A DNA stretch of 32,000 nt from Candidatus Baldrarchaeota archaeon (GCA_019056805.1 DXJG01000002.1:523103-555102), one strand, 5' to 3'; counted from the first letter of the stretch, positions 1-10,081 are shown. Program-made: numbers and translations. The notes: generated by a model from the letters alone, not told the origin.

Positions 1-212
1 TCAAATTTTTCCCCATTTCCAAAATAATCCATTATTTTTTCATGTTTATACCCGCATGCAATAATAAAATTCCTGATTCCCTGAGATTTTAACCACTCTA
101 TTTGATATTCTAAAATAGGCTTTCTCAAGATTTCAACCATCGGTTTCGGTTTCCGGTTGGTTAGAGGCCTTAAACGGAGACCCAACCCCCCGGCCAATAT
201 AATCGCATACAT
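1..212 (-). CDS. Sugar-phosphate nucleotidyltransferase (NTP_transferase family), N-terminal part; runs off the left window edge
   Basis: Not in the ORF track. Manual translation from ATG at 212 gives MYAIILAGGLGLRLRPLTNRKPKPMVEILRKPILEYQIEWLKSQGIRNFIIACGYKHEKIMDYFGNGEKF, with the LAGGxGxRLxPLT..PKP signature. SD-like GAAGGGAG lies upstream. Confidence 0.93.
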   Translation of the reverse strand, partial: MYAIILAGGLGLRLRPLTNRKPKPMVEILRKPILEYQIEWLKSQGIRNFIIACGYKHEKIMDYFGNGEKF

Positions 213-346
213 AGAATCATACTCCCTTCAAATTTTAGTACACTATCAATTTAATTTTCAACTTAGTTAAATTTTACTCCTAAAAATATAAGCTGTTAAT
301 CAATGAGCCTCTGCTTTTCGAAGTATTCTCGTAATTTCTTTAGTTA

Positions 347-682
347 CTACTGAAGAATTCTAACAACATTTTTAAATAATTTAATAATTTCCTTACGAAT
401 TAAATACAGTTTTTCACGCAACCCTGAATCTTCCCTAGAAAAAACAACCACAGATTGAATACTATTTTTCTTAACTAACAATTCTTTCCCTCTAACACTT
501 ATCTTTACAGCGTCTTCACCGCTCTTTAACTTAACATTCAAATCAACTATTGTACCCACCACCGACGATAAAGGTTCTACTTCCCCATATATTATTCCAA
601 TTACCCTATTTTTGTTATGTGAAAGAACTTCATCAAAACTTTCCTCAAATCGAGTTCTAAAATAAACATTAAGCTCCAACAT
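347..682 (-). CDS. Hypothetical protein (~111 aa), probably the last gene of the pepP-cdr-chlI-vWA run
   Basis: ORF 347-706. ATG at 682 follows a GGGGTGA SD. Same strand as the vWA ORF and close behind its stop at 722. No family recognised. Confidence 0.6.
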   Translation of the reverse strand: MLELNVYFRTRFEESFDEVLSHNKNRVIGIIYGEVEPLSSVVGTIVDLNVKLKSGEDAVKISVRGKELLVKKNSIQSVVVFSREDSGLREKLYLIRKEIIKLFKNVVRILQ

Positions 683-721
683 CTTTCTCACCCCAAATAT
701 GCTCAAGTAAATTAATAACGG

Positions 722-2035
722 TCAAATTTTTCCAGTTTTGGCAACAGTTATACTTGTTATTGCTTTTTCAATAGCCTTAGTCATTCTCTCTGGTGATAAA
801 GTTGTTTTAAACAATCCAGTTTTAAAACCATAGTATCTTCCTCGAGTAACTTGCGCTATCCATATTAAGAGGTGTGTGGGAGATATTATGAGTTTTGCAT
901 CCCACTTATCAATATGAACCGGATTAACAACTATAACTGGGATATTTTTCCTTGCCAAAATTTGAGTTGCAGCTATTACATCAGCCTGCGCTGGTGCTGG
1001 AATTTTTTCTCTCAATGATATGTTTAACGGCTGCTTTAATGGTACATTTGCCAAACCATCACTAACTAATACAACTATTGGAATCGTATCAGGATTTCTT
1101 CTTAACTCCTGCGTTAATACCTGTGTAGCTTTTAACAATCCATCAGCTAGAGGTGTACTACCCCCAGCCCTTAACTTGATAATTTTCCTTGCAACTATGT
1201 TAATATTCGTAGTTGGATGAAACACAATTCTAGCTCGTTCCCCTTGTAGAACAATTAAACCTACTTTATCTCTATAACGATAGGCCTTCCTATGCAAAGA
1301 AAAAACAGCTTCAGCAATTGTTTGAAGATGATATACCATACTTTCACTTAAATCCAAAACCAGTAGTATCGTAATTGGAGTCTTATACATCCTAACATTT
1401 GTTCTTAAATCCTGAAGTTCGACCTGGATAGCTAGTTGTTCTGCTAACCGCATTTGACGTAGCGCCGCAACTCTTATCGTTGGTCCAAAAGCTATATCAA
1501 TTGTAGGGCTCTTAGGAATCTCATATCCTACAATTCGACCCTTATGAACAGATGTTACCGCCAAAGCCCTTTTACCAGAAAGATACCTCCTCTTCCTAGC
1601 TTTAACTTTTACATCAAAACCAAATTCAAACCTTTCTTTATGTGACTTAAGTTCTTTAAGCACAGTTTTACCGGGAGCAAAAGGCACTTTCCTAGAGACA
1701 TCTATTGCTGAAAAATCCATCGGAGCGATTTCTACCATAACTTTTGCTTCGTCCCTTTCTTTCTCTTGCCTCCCTCTCAGTATATAATCTTTGGATATTG
1801 TCCGTTTCCAAAGAGCCTTTAACTTTCTAGTAACCCTATTGAAACGACTTGCCTTCGTTTCCTTAAAAATGGAAAGATAAGTTCCTCTCCTAAAAATTTT
1901 CGGCAATTTTTCTTTTTCTACAGCCATCAAAGGAACCAGTGAAAAAATTCTTTGAAATGTAGGCTGCTTATCCGTTGAAATTCCTCGTCTACCTTCTACC
2001 TCAACAGTTGGAACTACTTTCTCCCTACCTTTCAC
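722..2035 (-). CDS. vWA-domain protein, similar to the C-terminal half of chelatase subunit ChlD/BchD
   Basis: MIDAS-type motif VLDLSESM, then GGSTPLADGL and IVVLVSDGLANV, as in ChlD vWA domains. The GTG start has no clear SD, and the frame is open upstream to 2092, overlapping the end of the ChlI-like ORF. Confidence 0.85.
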   Translation of the reverse strand: MKGREKVVPTVEVEGRRGISTDKQPTFQRIFSLVPLMAVEKEKLPKIFRRGTYLSIFKETKASRFNRVTRKLKALWKRTISKDYILRGRQEKERDEAKVMVEIAPMDFSAIDVSRKVPFAPGKTVLKELKSHKERFEFGFDVKVKARKRRYLSGKRALAVTSVHKGRIVGYEIPKSPTIDIAFGPTIRVAALRQMRLAEQLAIQVELQDLRTNVRMYKTPITILLVLDLSESMVYHLQTIAEAVFSLHRKAYRYRDKVGLIVLQGERARIVFHPTTNINIVARKIIKLRAGGSTPLADGLLKATQVLTQELRRNPDTIPIVVLVSDGLANVPLKQPLNISLREKIPAPAQADVIAATQILARKNIPVIVVNPVHIDKWDAKLIISPTHLLIWIAQVTRGRYYGFKTGLFKTTLSPERMTKAIEKAITSITVAKTGKI

Positions 2036-2063
2036 CTTAGCATCAGCTTTTCTTAAAACATAC

Positions 2064-3143
2064 TTACCTTCTCGCTGAACGAAAAAAGCCTTTCATCGAC
2101 CCCATTATTTTTTTGAAAACACTATCTATCTCTTCGGGAGTTGCCGGCTCTTCAAACCCTCCCCGTCTAGTTCTGTGACCCAAAGCAAGCTTTGCTGCAA
2201 TATTAATATCCTCTGGCTCAACCATAGTTCTGCCCTGAAAAGCCGCAAGAGCCCTTGCCGCTTGAACTATAATTATATCAGGTCTATGCCCGTCAACTTG
2301 AAGGATTAAACATAATTTCGCTACAGCCCTTAGAATAGGGTCAGGTACTTGTACACTTGGAAAGATTTCAATGGCTTTCATTATTCTTTCCCTAAGCTCC
2401 CTTTGCTGATCTTCATATCTATTTCTAAACCCTATCGGATCTTCTGAAAACTCCAAATTTCTCTTAATAACCTCAACTCTCAAATCTTCGTCTTGAATTC
2501 CTCGAATCGTAACTGATAAAGGCAAACGATCCAAAAGTTGTGGTCTTAATTCCCCTTCCTCCGGGTTCATGGTTCCCACAAGTATAAAACGAGAAGGATG
2601 GGCAATGGATATACCCTCTCGTTCAACAATATTCCATCCTGAAGCAGCTGCATCTAAAATATCATCCACAATATGATCAGGTAATAAATTAATTTCATCA
2701 ACATACAAAATATTTTGATTAGCCTCTGCAAGAATTCCAGGCTGTAAAGCTCTTACACCTTCTTTTAAAGCTTTTTCTATGTCCAACGACCCTATAACTC
2801 TATCCTCTGTAGCTCCAATAGGCAGTGTAACAACACGCATTTTTCTTCTTTCAACAGGTAGTTTCTCTCCTCTTTCAAATTTCTCTCTACAGACATCACA
2901 CATATTTGTAGGATCTTCCGGATTACAATTGAAAGGACAGTCCTTTACAACTTTTATTTCAGGTAATAAATCTGCCAAAGCTCTTACCACAGTACTTTTA
3001 CCCGATCCTTTTTCTCCCCTTACTAATAAACCTCCTATCTTGGGATTTATCGCATTTAAAATTAAAGCTAATTTCAAGAGATCTTGATCAACTATAGCTG
3101 TAAACGGGAAAACGATTCTTTCTTCTGATAAACTTCTTGACAT
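2064..3143 (-). CDS. Mg/Co-chelatase subunit I-like AAA+ ATPase (ChlI/BchI family)
   Basis: FPFTAIVDQ start, Walker [21 protein letters not shown], Walker [32 protein letters not shown]. The likely start is ATG 3143 (MSRSL), not 3230. Confidence 0.93.
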   Translation of the reverse strand: MSRSLSEERIVFPFTAIVDQDLLKLALILNAINPKIGGLLVRGEKGSGKSTVVRALADLLPEIKVVKDCPFNCNPEDPTNMCDVCREKFERGEKLPVERRKMRVVTLPIGATEDRVIGSLDIEKALKEGVRALQPGILAEANQNILYVDEINLLPDHIVDDILDAAASGWNIVEREGISIAHPSRFILVGTMNPEEGELRPQLLDRLPLSVTIRGIQDEDLRVEVIKRNLEFSEDPIGFRNRYEDQQRELRERIMKAIEIFPSVQVPDPILRAVAKLCLILQVDGHRPDIIIVQAARALAAFQGRTMVEPEDINIAAKLALGHRTRRGGFEEPATPEEIDSVFKKIMGSMKGFFRSARR

Positions 3144-3253
3144 TTTAGACAGTAACCCCCAAATTATAGAAATGAAAAAGGAAATATAAAATATTCGAAA
3201 TCGGAAATAAGCAATCAAGACTTTCAACAATTTACGTGCAATAAATCTAAGAA

Positions 3254-4621
3254 TTACGTCTTCTTTTTCCTTTTTTCCAATTTCCTCATAACTGAATCAG
3301 CTGCTACGATTAGAGGATCCCACACAGGTGATATCGGTGGAGCATAAACAGTTTCCAAAGACAAAAACTCTTCAATTGTCAATTTTCTCAGTAATGCCAA
3401 AGATATAACATTTATTCTTATTGCAGCCCCTTCTTCACCAATTATTTGCGAACCAATGATACGGCCATCTTCAGAATTTACTAGAATTTTAACATAAAGA
3501 GTCTTACTACTAGGGAAATACTCCGGTTTTGTTCTTCCTCTTATAGTTCCAACAATTGCTTTTATATCTCTTTTCTCTGCTTGTTGGCTTGTTAAACCAA
3601 CTGACGCCACTTCATATCCAAAAAGCTTAGTAGTTCTTGTAAGAACGGTTCCATAATAAGTCATTTTTCCCCCAGCAGCATTTATACCAGCTACTTTTCC
3701 TTGTCTCACAGCAACTGTTCCCATCGCAGCTAAAATAGGTTCATTTGTTACAAGATATTTTGTTTCTACACAATCTCCTGCAGCAAAAACATCTTCCACA
3801 CTCGTCTCCATGTACTCGTTTGTTTTTATTCCTCCAGTCTTACCAAGTTCAACACCCATCTTTTGAGCAAAATCCGTATTAGGCTTAACTCCAGTGGAAA
3901 CAACAACAAAATCTCCTGGTATCTCTTCTCCTTCAACAACAACTCCCTTAGCATTTTCATTGCCCATGATTTCTTCTACACGTTTCCCAGTTAACACGGT
4001 AATTCCGTGTTCCTCCATCTTACTCTGCAGGATCCTTGCAAAATCAGCGTCAAGGATGGTGGGTAAAATCTGAGGGAGAAGTTCTACAACAGTAACTTTT
4101 AACTCTAAGTGACGCAGAGCTTCAGCAACTTCAAGCCCGATTAACCCAGCACCAACAATAACAGCACTTCTACTTTTCCTTGCGACATCGTTAATCCTTG
4201 TAGCATCATTTATAGTCTTAAGTGTGAAAACTCTTCCTTTATCAACGCCAGTTATGGGCGGAATCGAAGGAGAACTACCTGTCGCAACTATTAATTTATC
4301 ATAACTTTCCTTCTCCATCTTATCATGCTTTAAATTCTTTATTTCCAGAATTTTTTTATCAGGATCCCCATCTACTGCAACGCAGTTCAACTTCAACCGT
4401 ATTCTCAAAAATTTATCGTACCAAGAAGTAGGATGTTCTATGAGGCTTTTAGGGTTAGGAATTATTTGACTAATAACATAAGGTAAGCCGCATCTTGAAT
4501 ATTCTGGAAACTCTTCGCGATTTATCACTATGATTTCCGCTTTTCTATTTACCTTTCTAGCCCATAAAGCTGCTGAAACACCAGCAGCCCCTCCACCAAC
4601 AACCACAATTTTTTCAACCAA
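3254..4621 (-). CDS. CoA-disulfide reductase / NADH oxidase family flavoprotein
   Basis: FAD motif VGGGAAG, single redox Cys in SRCGLPY, NAD(P) motif [15 protein letters not shown], and C-terminal [13 protein letters not shown] start with an AGGAGAGG SD. Confidence 0.92.
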   Translation of the reverse strand: MVEKIVVVGGGAAGVSAALWARKVNRKAEIIVINREEFPEYSRCGLPYVISQIIPNPKSLIEHPTSWYDKFLRIRLKLNCVAVDGDPDKKILEIKNLKHDKMEKESYDKLIVATGSSPSIPPITGVDKGRVFTLKTINDATRINDVARKSRSAVIVGAGLIGLEVAEALRHLELKVTVVELLPQILPTILDADFARILQSKMEEHGITVLTGKRVEEIMGNENAKGVVVEGEEIPGDFVVVSTGVKPNTDFAQKMGVELGKTGGIKTNEYMETSVEDVFAAGDCVETKYLVTNEPILAAMGTVAVRQGKVAGINAAGGKMTYYGTVLTRTTKLFGYEVASVGLTSQQAEKRDIKAIVGTIRGRTKPEYFPSSKTLYVKILVNSEDGRIIGSQIIGEEGAAIRINVISLALLRKLTIEEFLSLETVYAPPISPVWDPLIVAADSVMRKLEKRKKKT

Positions 4622-4660
4622 AATTTTCCTCTCCTAAGATTATTGAAATACATAAGACTA

Positions 4661-5815
4661 TTAAATACAAATTAGCCTATCAGGAGTTTTTGACAACACT
4701 TTATGACCTTTCTCTGTTACAAGCACGTCGTCCTCAATCCTCACTCCGCCTTTACCTTGAATATAGATTCCCGGCTCTATTGTTACAATCATCCCTGGCA
4801 ATAGTTTCATCTCCGCTTTTTTAGACTTACCCTTTTCACCTAGTAATGGTCCTATGTCGTGCACATCAATACCTATAGGATGACCTGTAGAATGTGGAAA
4901 GTCCTCTTCCTTAAAACCATGCTTCAAAATAATATCTCTAGCCACTTTATCTATTTTCCATGCTTCTACCCCAGGTTTAACAGATCTAATTGCAGCTCTC
5001 TGTGCTTCTAAAGCAACATTAAACATTCGTTGAAATAATTCTGGTGGATGCTCCCCTACATACACGGTCCAAGTTATATCACTAGTTCTCAATTTATACT
5101 CTGCTCCAAGATCGATAACTACTAAATCTCCTTCTTGAATCTTCCTTTCTCCAGTTTGGTGATGCGGATCTGCACTATTTGGGCCAGATGCCACAATTAT
5201 AGGAAAACTAGGAGTAGCACCTCTTTTCCTCATAAAGTATTCGGCTTCAGCAGCTACTTCCACTTCTGTAACCCCAGGCTTTATAGTTTCTATTGCTTTT
5301 TTCATAGCTTCAAGAGCTATTTTGACCGCTTTTTCATGTAATTTTACTTCTTCCATAGTTTTTATCATTCTTAAATTTTCTAAAAGTTTTTGAGCGGAAA
5401 CAAAAGTAGCATCTGGAAAAAGGTCTTTTAATGCGAGGTAATCTCCATGCGTTATCGTGTTAACAGCCTCTCCTCCTTCTGTATAAAGATTTTCCACATA
5501 GTTAAGGGCTATAACTGGTTTCTTAGAAATTTCATAAACCATATCTTTAAGTTTTTCAGTAAACTCCTCACTCTTCTTATATGCTACTACTTTCTCTATT
5601 TGTTTCGCTTTTTGAACCATGGGAGCCTCCATCAAAGTACATATGACAGTTGCCTCTCCTTCTTTAGGTATAATTATAGCGTGTCTACCATAACAACGAG
5701 TTCCTAAAAGAAAAGGGCTATGAATATCTTTTCCTTCCGCTGTTACAATTAACCATAAATCTATGTCGTGTTTTTTAAGATATTCCTGTGCTTTTATGAT
5801 TTTAGAGTTTGACAT
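4661..5815 (-). CDS. Xaa-Pro aminopeptidase / prolidase (M24B)
   Basis: Metal-ligand motifs IDLGA..SDIT, HSTGHPIGIDVHD, TIEPGIY and GVRIEDDVLV, plus a creatinase-like N-domain. Likely start is ATG 5815. Confidence 0.93.
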   Translation of the reverse strand: MSNSKIIKAQEYLKKHDIDLWLIVTAEGKDIHSPFLLGTRCYGRHAIIIPKEGEATVICTLMEAPMVQKAKQIEKVVAYKKSEEFTEKLKDMVYEISKKPVIALNYVENLYTEGGEAVNTITHGDYLALKDLFPDATFVSAQKLLENLRMIKTMEEVKLHEKAVKIALEAMKKAIETIKPGVTEVEVAAEAEYFMRKRGATPSFPIIVASGPNSADPHHQTGERKIQEGDLVVIDLGAEYKLRTSDITWTVYVGEHPPELFQRMFNVALEAQRAAIRSVKPGVEAWKIDKVARDIILKHGFKEEDFPHSTGHPIGIDVHDIGPLLGEKGKSKKAEMKLLPGMIVTIEPGIYIQGKGGVRIEDDVLVTEKGHKVLSKTPDRLICI

Positions 5816-5912
5816 ATTAGGTACACCACACATTTTTATACTGCTTTATCAAATATTGTGATTACATGCAGATTAATGCACACATATAATTAACTATTTT
5901 AAGGTGAACAAT

Positions 5913-6218
5913 ATGGCTAAGAAGATCACCCTAAGTGATAAAATGTTTAAAGAGTTAATTGATAGATTTAAAGAAAAGAAAGGATTTCTAGGCGTTATAT
6001 TATCCACAAACGACGGTCTACCGGTGAAATCCACCTTAGATACAGATATAACTGAAGAATTCACCGCCAGAATGGCATACCTTCTCGGTAAATTAGACAA
6101 ATTTGCAAAGAAACTTGATGGCACACAGGTTGTCGGATTAACCGTTGAAACAGAAAACACAGAAATTATTCTTATAAGAGAAGATACAACCTTTATGAGC
6201 GTTTTACTCGCAAAATAA
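5913..6218 (+). CDS. Roadblock/LC7 domain protein
   Basis: ~101 aa with GFLGVILSTNDGLPVKS followed by a helix and a beta-hairpin (LTVETENTEIILIRE), typical of roadblock/MglB. AGGTGA SD precedes ATG 5913. Confidence 0.85.
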   Translation: MAKKITLSDKMFKELIDRFKEKKGFLGVILSTNDGLPVKSTLDTDITEEFTARMAYLLGKLDKFAKKLDGTQVVGLTVETENTEIILIREDTTFMSVLLAK

Positions 6219-6400
6219 AAAACTTCACTCAAAACTAATTACAACCCAGTTATTCCATTTTATAAAACTAAATAATTTCATCATAGGAGTTTTTCTTAAC
6301 AAAAGTTTTCTTCAAATAAGTTTAAATAAATTTATAAAATGTTATATTCTCACCCTAGTTCTTAACATTCCATTTCACACCTTCACACGAGGGACGCTCG

Positions 6401-8254
6401 GTGAACAAGTTAAAAGACGATCTAAAAACCAAAAAAGTCGGGATAAAAAGACATCCAGAAATAGCATTGATAATTCTCATAGCTGTATTCCTATTAGGTT
6501 CCGCAACCGGCGTAGAAAGAACCATAATTTCCCTATACGCAGAAAACTACGTTACACTAAGCGTTCAATTAGGAGCTATAATATCAGCCTTTGGAGCTTT
6601 CAAAGCAGCCATGGACATGCCAAGCGGCATAATCAGCGACAAAATCGGAAGAAAAAGAGCATTTCTCATTGGTAGTGTAATATATATTTTTGGAGCTATT
6701 ATTCTCGCATATTCAAGATCTTATCTCGAAATTTTAATTGCAAACTGTTTAATTGGAGGAGGTACTGGAACATTTCTTGCAGCTGCAATGATTTCCTTAA
6801 GTGATGTGGGAGGTTACGAAGAAAGAGCTTTTTCTTTCGGATTAATGGAGTTTTCTGTATATGCAGGTTTAAGTGCAGGTGCATTAATAGCAGGATTATT
6901 AGCAGTAATTTACCAGTCGCTTAGAATACCGCTATTCTTCACCGTTGGAATGGCGCTTCTTGTCTTCGCAACGTCAGCCATCTTCATTAAAGAAACTAAA
7001 AAATTTGCTGAGGAAAGTTATGTTTCTAGGATAAAATTATCTCCTAAAAGAAGTTTATCAAAATTTGCTAAAAATCCCGGACTTCTAACTATCTATTTCA
7101 CTGCGCACGTAACAAAAATTGGAGACGGCCTAATATGGGCTTTTCTACCCATATACTTAGCTGAAATACTTCAATTTAATATAAGACAAGTTGGAATTAT
7201 TCAAGGTGTTTTTACAATTGTTTGGGCACTCTCAATGCCTCTAAGCGGTAAAATAAGTGACATTGTTGGCAGAAAAATTCCATGTATCACAGGTCTTCTA
7301 CTTAACGGAATATTCATATTTCTTCTCCTTTGGACTCAAAGTTTCCAAATGATACTCATCTTTGTAATCATGGCTGGAGTCGGTGTAGGTCTATATTACC
7401 CAGTTCTACCCGCTGTTTCAGCAGACGTTGTAAGACCAGAGTTAAAAGGATCAGCACTAGGATTATATAGAAGTCTTCGAGACGCAGGCTATTTCACAGG
7501 CCCAATTCTCCTAGGTCTTATCGTTGACATTTATAATATAGAATTAGCCTTTTCTATGGTTTTTTCCTTATTAATCATTTGTGCAGGAGCTGTATTAGTA
7601 GTTGTTAAAGAAACTAGACCCGGCTGGCCAGCTTTCGAATTCTCCATTAAACACGCCGAGATAATACGTGAAGCCGCAAGAAGAGTAGAATTAGCAGTAC
7701 GCGCTTTCACCGATGGAGACATAGAAACAACAAAACACCTCGTACAAGAAGCAAAAACACTTGAAAGAGAGGCAGACGAAGTCAAAAGAGAAATAATGCT
7801 TAGATTATCCATGGGAGTGTTAGAAGCCCCAGACAGACCTGACTTCCTAAGATTAACAGAACTTGTAGATGATGTTGCTGGATACGTTGTTGGTGCAGGC
7901 CGCAGACTTACTTTACTCGACCCTAAAGACTTCCCCGAAGATATTAAAGAATGTTTCGCCAGATTTTCCAAAGGGGTAACAAAAATCTCAGATCTAGTTA
8001 AACAAGCAATCGAAACCCTGAGAATTAATGTTGAGGAAACTCTTAAGATAGTAGAGGAAATCGAAAAACTAGAAACCGACATGGACGATTTATATCACGA
8101 AATTTCAAGCAAAATCATTAAAATAAGCAACAAAATCAGTACACCAACACTTCTAACCGTTAGAGACTTCATAAACCTAATAGAATTTGCGATAGACACA
8201 GCAGAGGACGCAGGAGACCAAATACGAATGATAGCAATAAAACACTACATCTAA
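6401..8254 (+). CDS. MFS transporter fused to a C-terminal DUF47 (TIGR00153, PhoU-like) domain
   Basis: MFS motif A twice (GIISDKIGRKR, GKISDIVGRKI) across ~400 hydrophobic residues. A soluble helical domain follows with LEREADEVKREI, PDRPDFLRLTELVDDVAG, LETDMDDLY and DTAEDAGD, typical of DUF47. The frame is uninterrupted. Confidence 0.88.
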   Translation: MNKLKDDLKTKKVGIKRHPEIALIILIAVFLLGSATGVERTIISLYAENYVTLSVQLGAIISAFGAFKAAMDMPSGIISDKIGRKRAFLIGSVIYIFGAIILAYSRSYLEILIANCLIGGGTGTFLAAAMISLSDVGGYEERAFSFGLMEFSVYAGLSAGALIAGLLAVIYQSLRIPLFFTVGMALLVFATSAIFIKETKKFAEESYVSRIKLSPKRSLSKFAKNPGLLTIYFTAHVTKIGDGLIWAFLPIYLAEILQFNIRQVGIIQGVFTIVWALSMPLSGKISDIVGRKIPCITGLLLNGIFIFLLLWTQSFQMILIFVIMAGVGVGLYYPVLPAVSADVVRPELKGSALGLYRSLRDAGYFTGPILLGLIVDIYNIELAFSMVFSLLIICAGAVLVVVKETRPGWPAFEFSIKHAEIIREAARRVELAVRAFTDGDIETTKHLVQEAKTLEREADEVKREIMLRLSMGVLEAPDRPDFLRLTELVDDVAGYVVGAGRRLTLLDPKDFPEDIKECFARFSKGVTKISDLVKQAIETLRINVEETLKIVEEIEKLETDMDDLYHEISSKIIKISNKISTPTLLTVRDFINLIEFAIDTAEDAGDQIRMIAIKHYI

Positions 8255-8389
8255 CATTAAAACAGATTGTTAAGGATGGTTTATTCCCATATTTTTAAAT
8301 ATTAACTTTATCGTATGGAATTTCATGTAAACGCATCTTCTTTTGATTCCTCCACTATTTCATTAAAAATATTTCTTCTTACATGTAAA

Positions 8390-9091
8390 TTAGTTATGTC
8401 TTTTAAATTCCAATCTTCTTTCCACAACCTTGGTTATCATTGTAGCAACTATTGTACCAAGTATCAGTCTTTCCCAAATCGCCATTAATGGAAAAGCTAT
8501 CATAAACACTTCTGTTGGAAGATTCATAATATACACAGCTATCATAAGCATTGCTGCTTGTTCACCCATTGTAGCATTAAAAGCGACCACAAAACGCTTT
8601 ATTTCACCCCACTTATTAACATTCATAAAAATTACAAGTACCACAAGAAGTCCAGCAACCAAATGAGGAACTATCCAGTAAGGAAATGCGATATGAATTC
8701 TTAAATAAAAATAGGCAATTATACCAAAGAAAATAAGCGGAACAAATGTAAAGACTTTTTTACCCTCAAATGTCGCCTTTACGAGTGATCCTATTATAAC
8801 ACCTGTAACAGGGAGAAAAATCCATAATAATCCAAACATAGCCTCCGTAGGCGTAAATCCAGCAAGAAAACCACCAATTAAAGCTATAAACAACGCCTCC
8901 TTAAAAGGAAAAAGAAGAGAAAACATAGCTGGACAAATAATATTAAGAGTTATAAAGCCAGGTCCTCCAATGAACTTACTAACGGGTATTAATGTGAAGA
9001 CAACATATAGAGATGAAAATATTCCTATTCTCGCTATTTTCAAGCTAAGAGGTGCTTTCTCTTCAAAAACTTCATCACGATGACTGCTCAT
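8390..9091 (-). CDS. Multi-pass membrane protein, possibly an ECF transporter S-component
   Basis: 233 aa with 6-7 hydrophobic segments. The N-terminal IARIGIFSSLYVVFTLIP resembles S-component starts. GGTGAG SD. No EcfA/EcfT genes nearby. Confidence 0.5.
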   Translation of the reverse strand: MSSHRDEVFEEKAPLSLKIARIGIFSSLYVVFTLIPVSKFIGGPGFITLNIICPAMFSLLFPFKEALFIALIGGFLAGFTPTEAMFGLLWIFLPVTGVIIGSLVKATFEGKKVFTFVPLIFFGIIAYFYLRIHIAFPYWIVPHLVAGLLVVLVIFMNVNKWGEIKRFVVAFNATMGEQAAMLMIAVYIMNLPTEVFMIAFPLMAIWERLILGTIVATMITKVVERRLEFKRHN

Positions 9092-9234
9092 GATCTCACC
9101 ACTCTAAATCATTATAAACACAAGTGGCCAAAGTAGAATTTCGTCAAAAATATATTGAAACTCTATATAAATTATCGTCTTAGAAAACAGTTAGTGTAAA
9201 TTAAAAATACTGGACAAAAATTAAAAATAAAAGG

Positions 9235-9912
9235 TTAACGGAATAGCTTTATAGTTTTCTTATCATGAACTATGTTGTCTATTGCCACTACGAAACCTAA
9301 AAGTAGTAATCTGTCTACATCGTCTTTGAAAACATGAACCGCATATTTATCGCTAAAGTCAAATACTCCACCTATAAACATGTCTCGAAGAGCATCTCCT
9401 TTACTAACTTCCGCCACTAACTTATTTTTTGCATCAAAGATTTTAAAGTTCCACCCGAACAAATTACCTTTTGCAGTTAAAAGCTTTTTACCCTTTTCAT
9501 CTTGAAGCCAGAGAGATGGACGGAAAAAACTTAAAATCTTTTTTGCAACTCTACCTACAAGCCTATCGTTTGCATCTTTAATATCGTAAGTTGGACGTAC
9601 CGCAACAATTTTCCTATGAACAGCACCAACTATCGTTTCATTATCTGCTTCCCTAAGCTCCACCAAAGCTCTCAAAGAAATTAATCTCCGGTGCATACGG
9701 CCGATGATATCTCCCTTTTCATCATAAATATCTCCGTAACCTAGATCCCAATACCTTTCTTTAATGAAATAATATTTCCTTGAAGGATCTAAAAGACCGC
9801 TTCGACCCGAAGATGGTATTGTTGCTTCAGTAGTTAGTTGTTGACCGCATTTTGTACAAAATTTCGCATCTGGGCTATCTATTTTCTCTCCACAATGCGG
9901 ACAGGAATCCAC
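9235..9912 (-). CDS. Zinc-ribbon plus LURP-one/Tubby-C (scramblase-like) domain protein
   Basis: N-terminal CPHCG..FCTKCG ribbon. Repeated units (YDIKDANDRLVGRV, FKIFDAKNKLVAEV) and a final DRLLLLGFVVAIDN helix are typical of LURP-one/Tub_2 barrels. Confidence 0.8.
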   Translation of the reverse strand: MDSCPHCGEKIDSPDAKFCTKCGQQLTTEATIPSSGRSGLLDPSRKYYFIKERYWDLGYGDIYDEKGDIIGRMHRRLISLRALVELREADNETIVGAVHRKIVAVRPTYDIKDANDRLVGRVAKKILSFFRPSLWLQDEKGKKLLTAKGNLFGWNFKIFDAKNKLVAEVSKGDALRDMFIGGVFDFSDKYAVHVFKDDVDRLLLLGFVVAIDNIVHDKKTIKLFR

Positions 9913-10081
9913 TCATATCCACTCCAAACATAAATTAATATTTTAGTTGATCTGCATGTTTATAAATGCATCGAAAATGTAGTAATACATACTAAAACAA
10001 AGTTATTTTCCAACAAAAACCTCTAAAAATACTAACGACTTATATACATGGTCATTCTAAATAAAATCGGAGGTTAAAAGC

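Noticed and set aside
722-3143. Chlorophyll synthesis or phototrophy implied by Mg-chelatase-like genes
   Set aside because: ChlI/ChlD-like AAA+/vWA genes are widespread in non-phototrophic archaea. There is no chlH or other pigment gene in the window.
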